A stretch of DNA of 64,000 bases, taken from positions 416,001 to 480,000 of the forward strand of contig JAXDQS010000003.1 in the NCBI GenBank assembly GCA_034667725.1. The letters run 5' to 3'. Position 1 is the stretch's first letter, and every line of letters begins with the position of its first letter. The translations under genes were made by a program, and so were the position numbers. The stretch is from Thermoplasmata archaeon (GTDB lineage: Archaea; Thermoplasmatota; E2; JACPAO01; JAHFTW01). The notes beneath the pieces are model-generated. The model was not told the DNA's origin, did not search any database, and saw nothing but the letters and a program-made list of their open reading frames with translations. This document shows, piece after piece, positions 10,501 through 17,423 of the stretch.

Positions 10501-10897
10501 TTGCGGCGAACTGGGAGACCACGATGTCGTCGCTGGTGCTGGTGAACCAGTGGACGAACAGCGGCGTGTGCAGGCGGCCGCCCGGGAACGAGTTGTCGCC
10601 GTAGGGGCTGACGTAGGTGTACAGCGCCGTGGTCATGGCGGGGACGGTCAGGGTGGCGGCCAGGCCGACCGTGGAGTTGTGGACCTCGACGGTGGCGTCC
10701 ACGGTGCCGATGTTGGAGATGGACCAGGTGGTGGACGGCGGGCCCGCCGCGGCAGTGTTGCCGGGCGAGTAGCTGAACGGCAGCGAAATCCCGATGTGCT
10801 CGGAGGCGGCGTCGGCGGAAGGGGCGCCCACCGCCACCAGCAAGGCCAGCAGGGCGGCGCCAGCTAGTGCCAAGGCTGCGCGGCCAAGACCACTCAT
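7556..10897 (-). CDS. Membrane-anchored regulator: signal peptide, IgGFc-binding-like domain, 2 PKD domains, Ig-like domain, TSP3 repeats, TM helix, cytoplasmic tandem winged-HTH
   Basis: ASTLLPTSALG, ILESDHPVAVFG, CNHLED and GDPA (IgGFc-binding-like); WEWGD, WDFGDG and GTYTVKLTV (PKD); DxDxDGxxDxxDNC repeats; TM WGWVAAAVAVAGLAWLF; LDHPVRAQI..PGIHQRELAR..YHL and a second HTH. Confidence 0.85.
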   Translation of the reverse strand: MSGLGRAALALAGAALLALLVAVGAPSADAASEHIGISLPFSYSPGNTAAAGPPSTTWSISNIGTVDATVEVHNSTVGLAATLTVPAMTTALYTYVSPYGDNSFPGGRLHTPLFVHWFTSTSDDIVVSQFAAIRGRSAVAEASTLLPTSALGYSHFLAHYEEKGANTLSVVATADGATVTLTPAANIDYGVYRSGFSFSPADPTFPAMAKDVPTTFTLGPYESRRLDAMGDVTGSILESDHPVAVFGSSLCAKAGASQCNHLEDPTLPAHHLGTEYVGCAAGGSFNSYRVVATKPGLTDVTIDPVPVSPSMFRGSSPPASGYYATGKGFTITPTGVQLSGVGSWYQFDLGTNMHLNATQDVAVSVVAAEQTATVLGDPAILVPRPTTRWAPQLDFWVPDHDWTGRAVYVVGPAGAVANMDGVPFSLGSPVGSSGYACQMLSVTPGQHRIVSDSNVFASIMVESSNENRMWYSASGSFPPVPVADFAPTTGSAPTGPRGPYTPPGWDPTVACARKARSFNDFSTPGVGALDKSLWEWGDSLTTTYDPWSATASHVFALPGTYTVKLTVWDDAGARDSVSKPVRVIECDVPPVAVIRLGGGGADCVDNRVHFFADLSYDPDGGAPLTFTWDFGDGDGADGNPAIHQFATSDPVTVTLTAYDDDGRSTAATVEYPAPGDPNCVPDLATLKDIYTTPGQSIAIPLAATDSDGPTLDVRVVVGKPDGALVTSPGINFATGSYTFVTQGWDTGVHTLTFEAFDGFAYDRESMRVNVRGLDSDVDRDGVQDAADNCPGTPNLDQADLDQDGVGDACEDTVPYVADQPFVPRPGTGGRDTDRDGIQDLADNCVFDANASQEDLDRDGAGDACDADMDGDTVADKGAALYLDNCPTVPNPDQLDSDAAGAGDACAGLLAGDRSRLAPRPAAALSADSGGGSSAWGWVAAAVAVAGLAWLFRWRKRLVPALLYQFSRLTGRDALDHPVRAQISALVFALPGIHQRELARRAGRSRRVVTYHLGVLLGHGVLQSSEVQGYTCYYPKGYPRAQLAESRVLRAPLAQQILERVQQHPGQDATSMARALGVSSKGLHYHIRRMEKAGLVRGERRGLVKQIYPAAASA

Positions 10898-10929
10898 AGG
10901 GGCACATTGGTGCATGATTCTAAACACGA

Positions 10930-10972
10930 TTGGGCCAGTCCACTAGCCAATTTGGGTCAAAACGATAGCCAA
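10930..10972. promoter_or_regulatory. Two tandem copies (22-bp period) of TTGGGYCA-N6-TAGCCAA in the divergent promoter
   Basis: TTGGGCCAgtccacTAGCCAA followed by TTGGGTCAaaacgaTAGCCAA, immediately upstream of a TATA-like TTTAGAA on the minus strand. Confidence 0.65.
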
Positions 10973-11100
10973 AGTGGGCCCAGGCTTTGTTTTCGGCAAC
11001 GCCGCGCGCGCCTGCGGGACTGCGCCTTCTCCCGGCCTTCCCCGCAATTTCAGCGGTCGGTCCACTCTGGCTTTTATTCGGTGGACCCTTTCGTTTTCCC

Positions 11101-12576
11101 ATGCGGCGACCGTCCCTGCTCCCGCTTCTTGCGCTCGTGGCGCTCGTGGCCGCCGCGCTGCCCCACGCCGCGGCCGAGGGCTACGACGGCGGCGACGGCG
11201 GGCTCCTGGGCGGCCTTGGCGATCTGGACCGCCTGCTGCCCGGCCCCGACGACCCCGGGCCTGAGGTGGCCCCGGTGGAGTTGCCTGCCGTCGAGGAGCC
11301 GCCCCTCGTCGCCGACGCGCTCGAAGCGGTCCGCCTGGTGCGCGACCTGGCGCTCAAGCTCGGCACGCCCATGCCCAAGGTCGACCTCTCGATGCTGACC
11401 GACCTGATCGCCCCGTCCGCGCCGTGCGCCCCGCCCGCCGTTTGCCCGCCCCCGCCGCCCCCGCCGCTGTCGCCGGGCCCCACGGTCTCTGTCGGGCCCG
11501 CGCTGGAGGACGACCCGGAGCCCTCCGTCGTCCCGGGGGCGGCCCGCGAGCGGCCCACGCCCGAGGAACCGGCCTGCCGCGACCCGGCCTGCGGCGCCCT
11601 CCCTCTCCTGGGAGCGCTTCTCGCGACGCCTGGCGACGGCCGCGCCGACGCTGCCCAGCCGCCGCACCGCGCCGCCCCGGTGCAGGACCAGGACAAGGAC
11701 GGCATCGGCGACGAAGCCGACAGCTGCCCCGTCGACCCCAATCCGCTCCAGGAAGACCTCGACCGCGACGGCGTGGGCGACGCCTGCGACCCCGACCTGG
11801 ACGGCGACGGCATCGCCGAGGACGGGCCGTTCGGGGACAACTGCCCCACCGTCCCGAACCCGGACCAGCTCGACAGCGACGCCGCGGGCGCGGGCGACGC
11901 CTGCGCCGACGCCGCCCCCGCCCCAAGCCTCAAGGGCCGCGCCCCCGGCCGCCTCGCCGCGGCGCCCGCGTGGGAGTTCCCCTGGTGGCTGCTCGGCGCC
12001 CTCGCCGCCGCCACGGGAGCCGCCGCCGCGTGGACGCACCGCCGCAAGGCCCCCCTGCTGTTCGCCCTGCTGTTCTCCCGCCTCGCCGGCGACGACATCC
12101 CCTCCCAGCCGGCCCGGTCGCGCATCCTCAAGGAGGTCGCCGCCGCGCCCGGCATCCACTTCAACGAGCTCGCGCGCCTGTCCGCCTGCGGCCGCAGCGC
12201 GCTGCGCCACCACTTGCGCGTGCTGCAGCGCTCCGGCCACGTCCGCCTGCGCGCCTCCGGCCGCTACGTCTGCGTGTACCCCGCCGACGTCCAGCCCCGC
12301 CACGCCGAAGGCTTCCTCAAGAGCGCGCTGGCCTGCCGCGTCCAGGCGATCGTCGTGGGCAACCCCGGCATCACCGTCGCCGAGGCCGCCCGCCAGCTCG
12401 GCGTCAAGTACGGCGCCGCCGCCTACCACATGCGGCGCCTCGGCGACGCCGGCGTCGTGCAGTTGCACGGCTGGCCGATTCGGGCGTTCCCCGCGACCAC
12501 CGCGGCAGGCACCGCGGAGGCTGGGGCGCCGCCTGCGTTCGGCGCGGGCACGGCGCGGCCGGGGCTCCAGACCTAG
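11101..12576 (+). CDS. Membrane-anchored regulator: signal peptide, Pro-rich linker, TSP3 repeats, TM helix, tandem winged-HTH
   Basis: [19 protein letters not shown] signal; [14 protein letters not shown] and [12 protein letters not shown] repeats; [21 protein letters not shown]; [16 protein letters not shown] and [22 protein letters not shown] lies ~25 nt upstream. Confidence 0.85.
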   Translation: MRRPSLLPLLALVALVAAALPHAAAEGYDGGDGGLLGGLGDLDRLLPGPDDPGPEVAPVELPAVEEPPLVADALEAVRLVRDLALKLGTPMPKVDLSMLTDLIAPSAPCAPPAVCPPPPPPPLSPGPTVSVGPALEDDPEPSVVPGAARERPTPEEPACRDPACGALPLLGALLATPGDGRADAAQPPHRAAPVQDQDKDGIGDEADSCPVDPNPLQEDLDRDGVGDACDPDLDGDGIAEDGPFGDNCPTVPNPDQLDSDAAGAGDACADAAPAPSLKGRAPGRLAAAPAWEFPWWLLGALAAATGAAAAWTHRRKAPLLFALLFSRLAGDDIPSQPARSRILKEVAAAPGIHFNELARLSACGRSALRHHLRVLQRSGHVRLRASGRYVCVYPADVQPRHAEGFLKSALACRVQAIVVGNPGITVAEAARQLGVKYGAAAYHMRRLGDAGVVQLHGWPIRAFPATTAAGTAEAGAPPAFGAGTARPGLQT

Positions 12577-12692
12577 CGTCCCGCGCATCCTGCCGCCGCG
12601 CGCATGTTCCCATCTTGGAAGGTCGCCGCCGTCAACCTCGCCGGCCCGGGGACGCTTTCGAGCGAGGTGTTCACGCTGGGCGCGGCGATTTG

Positions 12693-12773
12693 AAAAAGGA
12701 AGGTCCAGCGGGTCCCTCCTTTTTCTTTTTCTCGGATTTGCGTGAGCAGCAGCGGCGACCTGACTTTTTTTTT
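12693..12773. terminator. Bidirectional terminator-like region between convergent genes
   Basis: Inverted repeat AAAAAGGAAGG...CCTCCTTTTT followed by T-tracts. Confidence 0.55.
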
Positions 12774-12904
12774 GGAGCATCCGGGCCAAAGTCCGGGCAA
12801 CCCAGCTTCGCCCAACCGGTTCGCAAGAATGGGTGCTTCAGCCACCTCGTCCACAACCCGGCCCGATGCAGCGTTTGAGCAGATTCCGGAACGTGGCCAC
12901 GAAC

Positions 12905-14935
12905 CTACAAAGGTCCGCAGGTCGGCACGATGCCGCCGTATCCCCCGTTGTTGCCGGGGTTGCCAGGCGGCAGGGAGCCAGAGGAGGCCGTGCCCGCCGA
13001 ACCGCCGGGCGCTCCAGGTGCGCCAGGCGTGGCGGCGCCCGGGGCACCGCCTGCACCACCAGGCGCCCCTGCTCCGGGTGCGCCTCCTGCCAGCAGGCCG
13101 GGGGCGCCGTTGCCGCCATCGCCGCCGTGGCCCGCAAGGCCGCCCCAAGCGATGGCGTCGCCGCCGTTCCCACCCGGGTAGCCGTAGAGTCCTTCGCCGC
13201 CGGGTCCGCCCGTGGCCGCGTTGCCTGCGCCGCCACTGTTTCCTGCGCCCCCGGGGCCGCCGGCGCCGCCGTTGATGCCGCAGGCACCCGTTCCGCCGTT
13301 GCCACCGGAGCCGCCGCGTCCGCCTTGGGCGCTCGCGGAGCCGCCGGCACCCCCTGGGCAGCCTGCACCGCCGCCCCCGCCAAACGCCGGAGAGGCGGGA
13401 GACCCGGGTGTACCATCGGTGCCGGGGTGGCCGGAAGCGCCGCTGGCCGGCGGAGCCCCGTCGGCGCCGTCAAAGCCGTCAAAGCCAGGGTCGCCGTCAC
13501 CATTGCCGCTGCCGCCGGCACCTCCGGCGCCGCACGCAGTCTCGGTCCCCCCGCTGCCGGACGTGTTGTCGCAGTCCGCATCCACCTGGTCCGCCAGGAG
13601 GCTAGATTCGGATGCCGAATAGAGGACAACGGCGCCGCCGTCCCCGCCATCGCCGCCGCGGGCCGAGTTGATGCCGAGCAGGTTGCGAAGGAGGGTGGCG
13701 TGCCCGCCCCTGCCGCCCGCGCCTGAGGCGTAGGTGGACGGGCTGCCGGAAAAGGAGGCTGCTCCGAAGTAGAGGTTTCCGCCTTGGCCGCCGTGGCCAC
13801 CGGTGGCGGGCGCGGCGGCTTCGGTGGCCGCGTCGCCGCCGTCGCCGCCGTCGCCTGAGCGCGTCATGCCGGAGAGCGTGATGCTGCCAGCGGGCGCCAG
13901 GAGCATCAGGAGACCACCGCCTTCGCCGTTGGTGGCGATGGCACCTGAGCTTCCCGACGCGCCCGTGGCGCTTGCCAAGGTGCCGGTGACGCCGACGTTG
14001 CCAGACTTGGAGACCAGGACGAGGTGGGACCCGGGGCGGCTGGTCGTCATGGTGCCGCCGATCAGGATGTCGCCGTCGGCGATGATGCAGGTGTCGCCGT
14101 CAAATTCCGTGGTGTAGCCAGGGGCGAGGGTGTAGCTGGGGTGGCGGTAGGTGCCTGACGGCAACACGGCATGGTGGACGGGCGTCTGGTACCAAGGCGA
14201 GGCCGAGTCGCAGGACAGCGCCCCAGACGGAATCGAAGAGGTCGGAGCGCTGACTGTGTAGGTGTTGACGGCGCCACTGGCAGGCGCTTCCAAGGCGAAC
14301 AGGCTGATGTGGCCCTCGTTGACGGCGTCAAGCCACGCCAGGTCCACCGTCACGGATTCTGCGGGGCCCGTCACGCTGCAATCGGTGCCAGCGACCTGCG
14401 AGAACATCGGAACCGGGGTTCCGTCGCTTGTGAGCTGGAACGTGACGTATTGGCTGCGGGAGTAGGCCGTGACGGAGCCCATGGGGAAGTCGGCGTTGTT
14501 GCAGAATGTAGGGGCCGTGGTGGTCGTGTAGCCGTCGTACTTGCCGTTGGAGATGCCGCTCGGCTGGCAGAAGCCGCCCGCATCGTCGTAGCCAGCGCTC
14601 GCATAGCACAAGCCGCCGCGACCGCCGGAGCCCAACTGGGCGGCGTCTCCGTTGGACTCGCAGACCGTCAAGCCGAGGAGCACATCGCCTTGCCGTAGGC
14701 CCGACACGCTGCCCCCTAGGCACAACAAGTCGACGAGGAAACCGAGGATGGCGTGGAGCGGATCTGCAGCCAGCAGGTCGCAGGCCAGCATCGTTGGGTC
14801 GTCGGCAGGCATGCGGGCGCCGATGGAGTCGGTCCATTGTGCAGCGTCGCTCCCCGTCATGTGGTGGGCAGACGCATCCGAAACCAGGGGCATCAGCAGA
14901 AGACCGGCCAGCAGGGGGACAACCGTTCGCGTCAT
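12905..14935 (-). CDS. Secreted protein with Cys-containing N-terminal domain and long Gly-rich (GGxGG/GxxG) C-terminal region
   Basis: Signal peptide MTRTVVPLLAGLLLMPLVSDASA; about 300 aa of GGAGG/GAPG/GDGG repeats. Codon usage is less GC3-biased than neighbouring genes. Confidence 0.75.
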   Translation of the reverse strand: MTRTVVPLLAGLLLMPLVSDASAHHMTGSDAAQWTDSIGARMPADDPTMLACDLLAADPLHAILGFLVDLLCLGGSVSGLRQGDVLLGLTVCESNGDAAQLGSGGRGGLCYASAGYDDAGGFCQPSGISNGKYDGYTTTTAPTFCNNADFPMGSVTAYSRSQYVTFQLTSDGTPVPMFSQVAGTDCSVTGPAESVTVDLAWLDAVNEGHISLFALEAPASGAVNTYTVSAPTSSIPSGALSCDSASPWYQTPVHHAVLPSGTYRHPSYTLAPGYTTEFDGDTCIIADGDILIGGTMTTSRPGSHLVLVSKSGNVGVTGTLASATGASGSSGAIATNGEGGGLLMLLAPAGSITLSGMTRSGDGGDGGDAATEAAAPATGGHGGQGGNLYFGAASFSGSPSTYASGAGGRGGHATLLRNLLGINSARGGDGGDGGAVVLYSASESSLLADQVDADCDNTSGSGGTETACGAGGAGGSGNGDGDPGFDGFDGADGAPPASGASGHPGTDGTPGSPASPAFGGGGGAGCPGGAGGSASAQGGRGGSGGNGGTGACGINGGAGGPGGAGNSGGAGNAATGGPGGEGLYGYPGGNGGDAIAWGGLAGHGGDGGNGAPGLLAGGAPGAGAPGGAGGAPGAATPGAPGAPGGSAGTASSGSLPPGNPGNNGGYGGIVPTCGPL

Positions 14936-15312
14936 GGAACCGCGCGCATCACTCCATGGTCTCGATTAGTCGTTGAGGCCAAAGTGGGTGCAGGGGACAC
15001 CGTCGCTAATCCCATGGTGCGGCTTTTGCCTGATCAGCATCAAGGGCGCCCCAATCGCGTTGCGCCCAACCATGGCACGCCATTGCACCATCCCGGGCAG
15101 CGGCTTCGATGCCACTCCGACCGTCAAGTTCGGCGCCGCTAGCTCAAGCGACGGCCGCATGCTCCTGCAAGCTCGTCGTGCGTCCCGCCATCCCCCGGTG
15201 CGTTCCTTTTAAGAAGCAGCCCCGAGTCGCCGCATCGTCCCTCTTGGGCGCCGGACGGGCCGTTCCATCCCGTCTTCTCCGTGGAGCCGGCGCATCCGAT
15301 GATGGAACGATT

Positions 15313-15398
15313 GCCCAGGTAGTCTAGACCGGTAAGGCGCAAGCCTGGAAAGCTTGTGGGGGGAAACTCCCGCGTGAGTTCAAATCTCACCCTGGGCG
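15313..15398 (+). tRNA. tRNA-Ser (anticodon GGA)
   Basis: Acceptor stem GCCCAGG/CCTGGGC, anticodon arm CAAGC-CTGGAAA-GCTTG, long variable arm, T arm GTGAG-TTCAAAT-CTCAC, discriminator G, no encoded CCA. Confidence 0.95.
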
Positions 15399-15547
15399 CT
15401 GAAAGAAGCCCATAGGTCAGTCTCATTTGGTCGGTCCTGCGGTCCTCGACCGCGAATCCCTGCCAAACTCCTGCCCGCCTTAAGCCGCGTTCCCAACCGG
15501 GTCCTCGGGGAACGAAGCGGCAAAAGTGCCACACTTGTGCCGAAAGC

Positions 15548-15868
15548 CTACGCCAACGCCGGCAACTGCACTTCCAGCACCCCTTCCCGCACCCGCGTCG
15601 GGTACACGGTCAGCGCGCCGGCCCACTCTTCACCAGGACGGGGGCGCCCGGTGGCCAAATCAAAAGTCGCCGTGTGCATGGGGCAGGTCAGCATCCGCCC
15701 CGCCAGCGTGCCGTCGGCCAACGCCCCGAACTTGTGGGGGCAATGCGGCGTCATGGCGTGCACCTCGCCCTCGGCGCGCACCATGAGGACCGCGACGCCG
15801 GCGACGGTGCGCTCCTGCATCTGGCCTTCGGCAAGCTCGGCCGCGGGGCCCACGGCGTGCCATCCCAT
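15548..15868 (-). CDS. Rieske [2Fe-2S] ferredoxin
   Basis: CPH...CPMH motifs and FDLATG; about 106 aa. Confidence 0.9.
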   Translation of the reverse strand: MGWHAVGPAAELAEGQMQERTVAGVAVLMVRAEGEVHAMTPHCPHKFGALADGTLAGRMLTCPMHTATFDLATGRPRPGEEWAGALTVYPTRVREGVLEVQLPALA

Positions 15869-15947
15869 GCCGGTCAACGCCGTGGCCAGGCGCCCCCTCG
15901 TATAAAGGAGGGGAGCCTTCAAGACGGGAACACCCCGTCGCCGGCCC

Positions 15948-16820
15948 ATGGCCCAGTCCACCGTCCAGTCCGCCCTGAAGCTCACGCCGATGGCGAACAA
16001 GCTCGTCAACTACGGCACGACCCCGAACGGCATCGCCGTCATCGAGCTGGCGTCGGACTCGGCGGGCGCCCCGCTGGCCGCCGGCGCGTCGGGCCCGAAC
16101 ACCTACACGCACGAGATGATGCGCGACCTCGACGAGGCCATCCTGAAGGCCCGCTTCGACGACGCCGTGTCGGTCATCGTCCTCACCGGCAACGGCGAGA
16201 AGTTCTTCTCCGCGGGCGCCAGCATCCAGATGCTCAACCGCGTCACGCCCGGCTACAAGTATTTCTTCTGCCTGCACGCCAACGAGACGCTGTCGCGCCT
16301 GGAGCAGACCCCGAAGCTGGTGATCGCGGCCCTCAACGGCCACGCGGTCGGCGGCGGCCTCGAGATCGCGATGGCGGCGGACCTGCGCATCGCGCGCAAG
16401 GACGCCGGAAAGGTCGGCCTCCCCGAGATCAACCTGGGCGTGCTGGCTGGCACCGGCGGCACCCAGCGCCTGGCCCGCATGGTGGGCAAGACCAAGGCCA
16501 TCGAGCTCATGGTCACGGGCACCAACATCAGCTTCGAGAAGGCCGCCGAATTGGGTCTCGTCAACATCATCCTGGAGGGCGACGCCGCCGCCTTCCGCCG
16601 CGACGTGCTGGACTGGGCCGCCCAGTTCTGCCCGCCCAACAAGGCCGCCCTCGCCTCCGGCATGATCAAGCGCGCCGTGCAAAGCGGCGCCGAGGTCCCC
16701 CTCGAGTACGGTCTTGCCATGGAGCGCGAGATGCAGGCCAAGCTGTTCGCCTCCAAGGACGCCAAGGAAGGCATCGCGGCCTACGTCGAGAAGCGCGTGG
16801 CCGACTTCAAGGGCAACTGA
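15948..16820 (+). CDS. Enoyl-CoA hydratase/isomerase (crotonase family)
   Basis: FFSAGA, AALNGHAVGGGLEIA and GLPEINLGVLAGTGGTQRL motifs. Confidence 0.9.
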   Translation: MAQSTVQSALKLTPMANKLVNYGTTPNGIAVIELASDSAGAPLAAGASGPNTYTHEMMRDLDEAILKARFDDAVSVIVLTGNGEKFFSAGASIQMLNRVTPGYKYFFCLHANETLSRLEQTPKLVIAALNGHAVGGGLEIAMAADLRIARKDAGKVGLPEINLGVLAGTGGTQRLARMVGKTKAIELMVTGTNISFEKAAELGLVNIILEGDAAAFRRDVLDWAAQFCPPNKAALASGMIKRAVQSGAEVPLEYGLAMEREMQAKLFASKDAKEGIAAYVEKRVADFKGN

Positions 16821-16883
16821 GCGCCTCGCGGCGGCCGGTTGCCGGCATCCCTCCGCTTCCTAGCGGGACGCGGATGGCCTGGC

Positions 16884-17372
16884 ATGGCCCGCGCCGCGCA
16901 AGCCAAGGCACGCCCCCAGCAAGGCACCCCGCGGTCGGCCCGCCCGCGCCGCCCCTTGGCCGGCGACGACGCCTCCGAGGTGCAGGCGTTCCTCGACGGG
17001 TTCGCGGCCGCCGTCACGGCCGGCGACGGCAAGGCCGCGGCGGCCTGCTTCGACTACCCGGCCCTGATGGTCATGGGCGACGCCACGCAGCCGTTGGAGG
17101 AGCCCGAGGCGGTGGCGGCGTTCTTCGCGCAGGCGCCGGAGCAGTACCACGCCAAGGGCATCGAGGACACGCGGGCCGACATCCAGGACGTCGAGTGGCT
17201 CAACGACCGCCTGGTGCTGGTGCGCACGCACTTCCCGTACCTGGACGCGGCCGGCGCCGACACGGGCGACGGCGAGACCTCCCTGTACCTGATGCGGCGG
17301 CGCAAGGACGGCAGCCTGGGCCTGTGCGTCGCGGTCCCGCTAGGCACCGACTCCGGCCGGGATGCGCCCTGA
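16884..17372 (+). CDS. SnoaL/NTF2-like domain protein
   Basis: VQAFLDGFAAAVTAGDGKAAAACFDYP followed by a beta-strand pattern typical of the NTF2 fold. Confidence 0.6.
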   Translation: MARAAQAKARPQQGTPRSARPRRPLAGDDASEVQAFLDGFAAAVTAGDGKAAAACFDYPALMVMGDATQPLEEPEAVAAFFAQAPEQYHAKGIEDTRADIQDVEWLNDRLVLVRTHFPYLDAAGADTGDGETSLYLMRRRKDGSLGLCVAVPLGTDSGRDAP

Positions 17373-17423
17373 GTCAAACGGTCGGCTGGGCATCTTCATA
17401 ACCCCCAGGCGGTCGTGCGGGTC

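Noticed and set aside
12905-13900. Collagen or true PE-PGRS gene
   Set aside because: There is no long uninterrupted Gly-X-Y register and no PE domain; it is only Gly-rich low-complexity sequence.
14936-15312. Small ORFs in the gap before tRNA-Ser
   Set aside because: Candidates lack host-like codon bias and motifs; the region is more plausibly divergent promoter sequence.
1-15398. Integrative element or prophage at tRNA-Ser
   Set aside because: No integrase, no duplicated tRNA 3' end seen and no phage genes. The variable region lies 5' of the tRNA.
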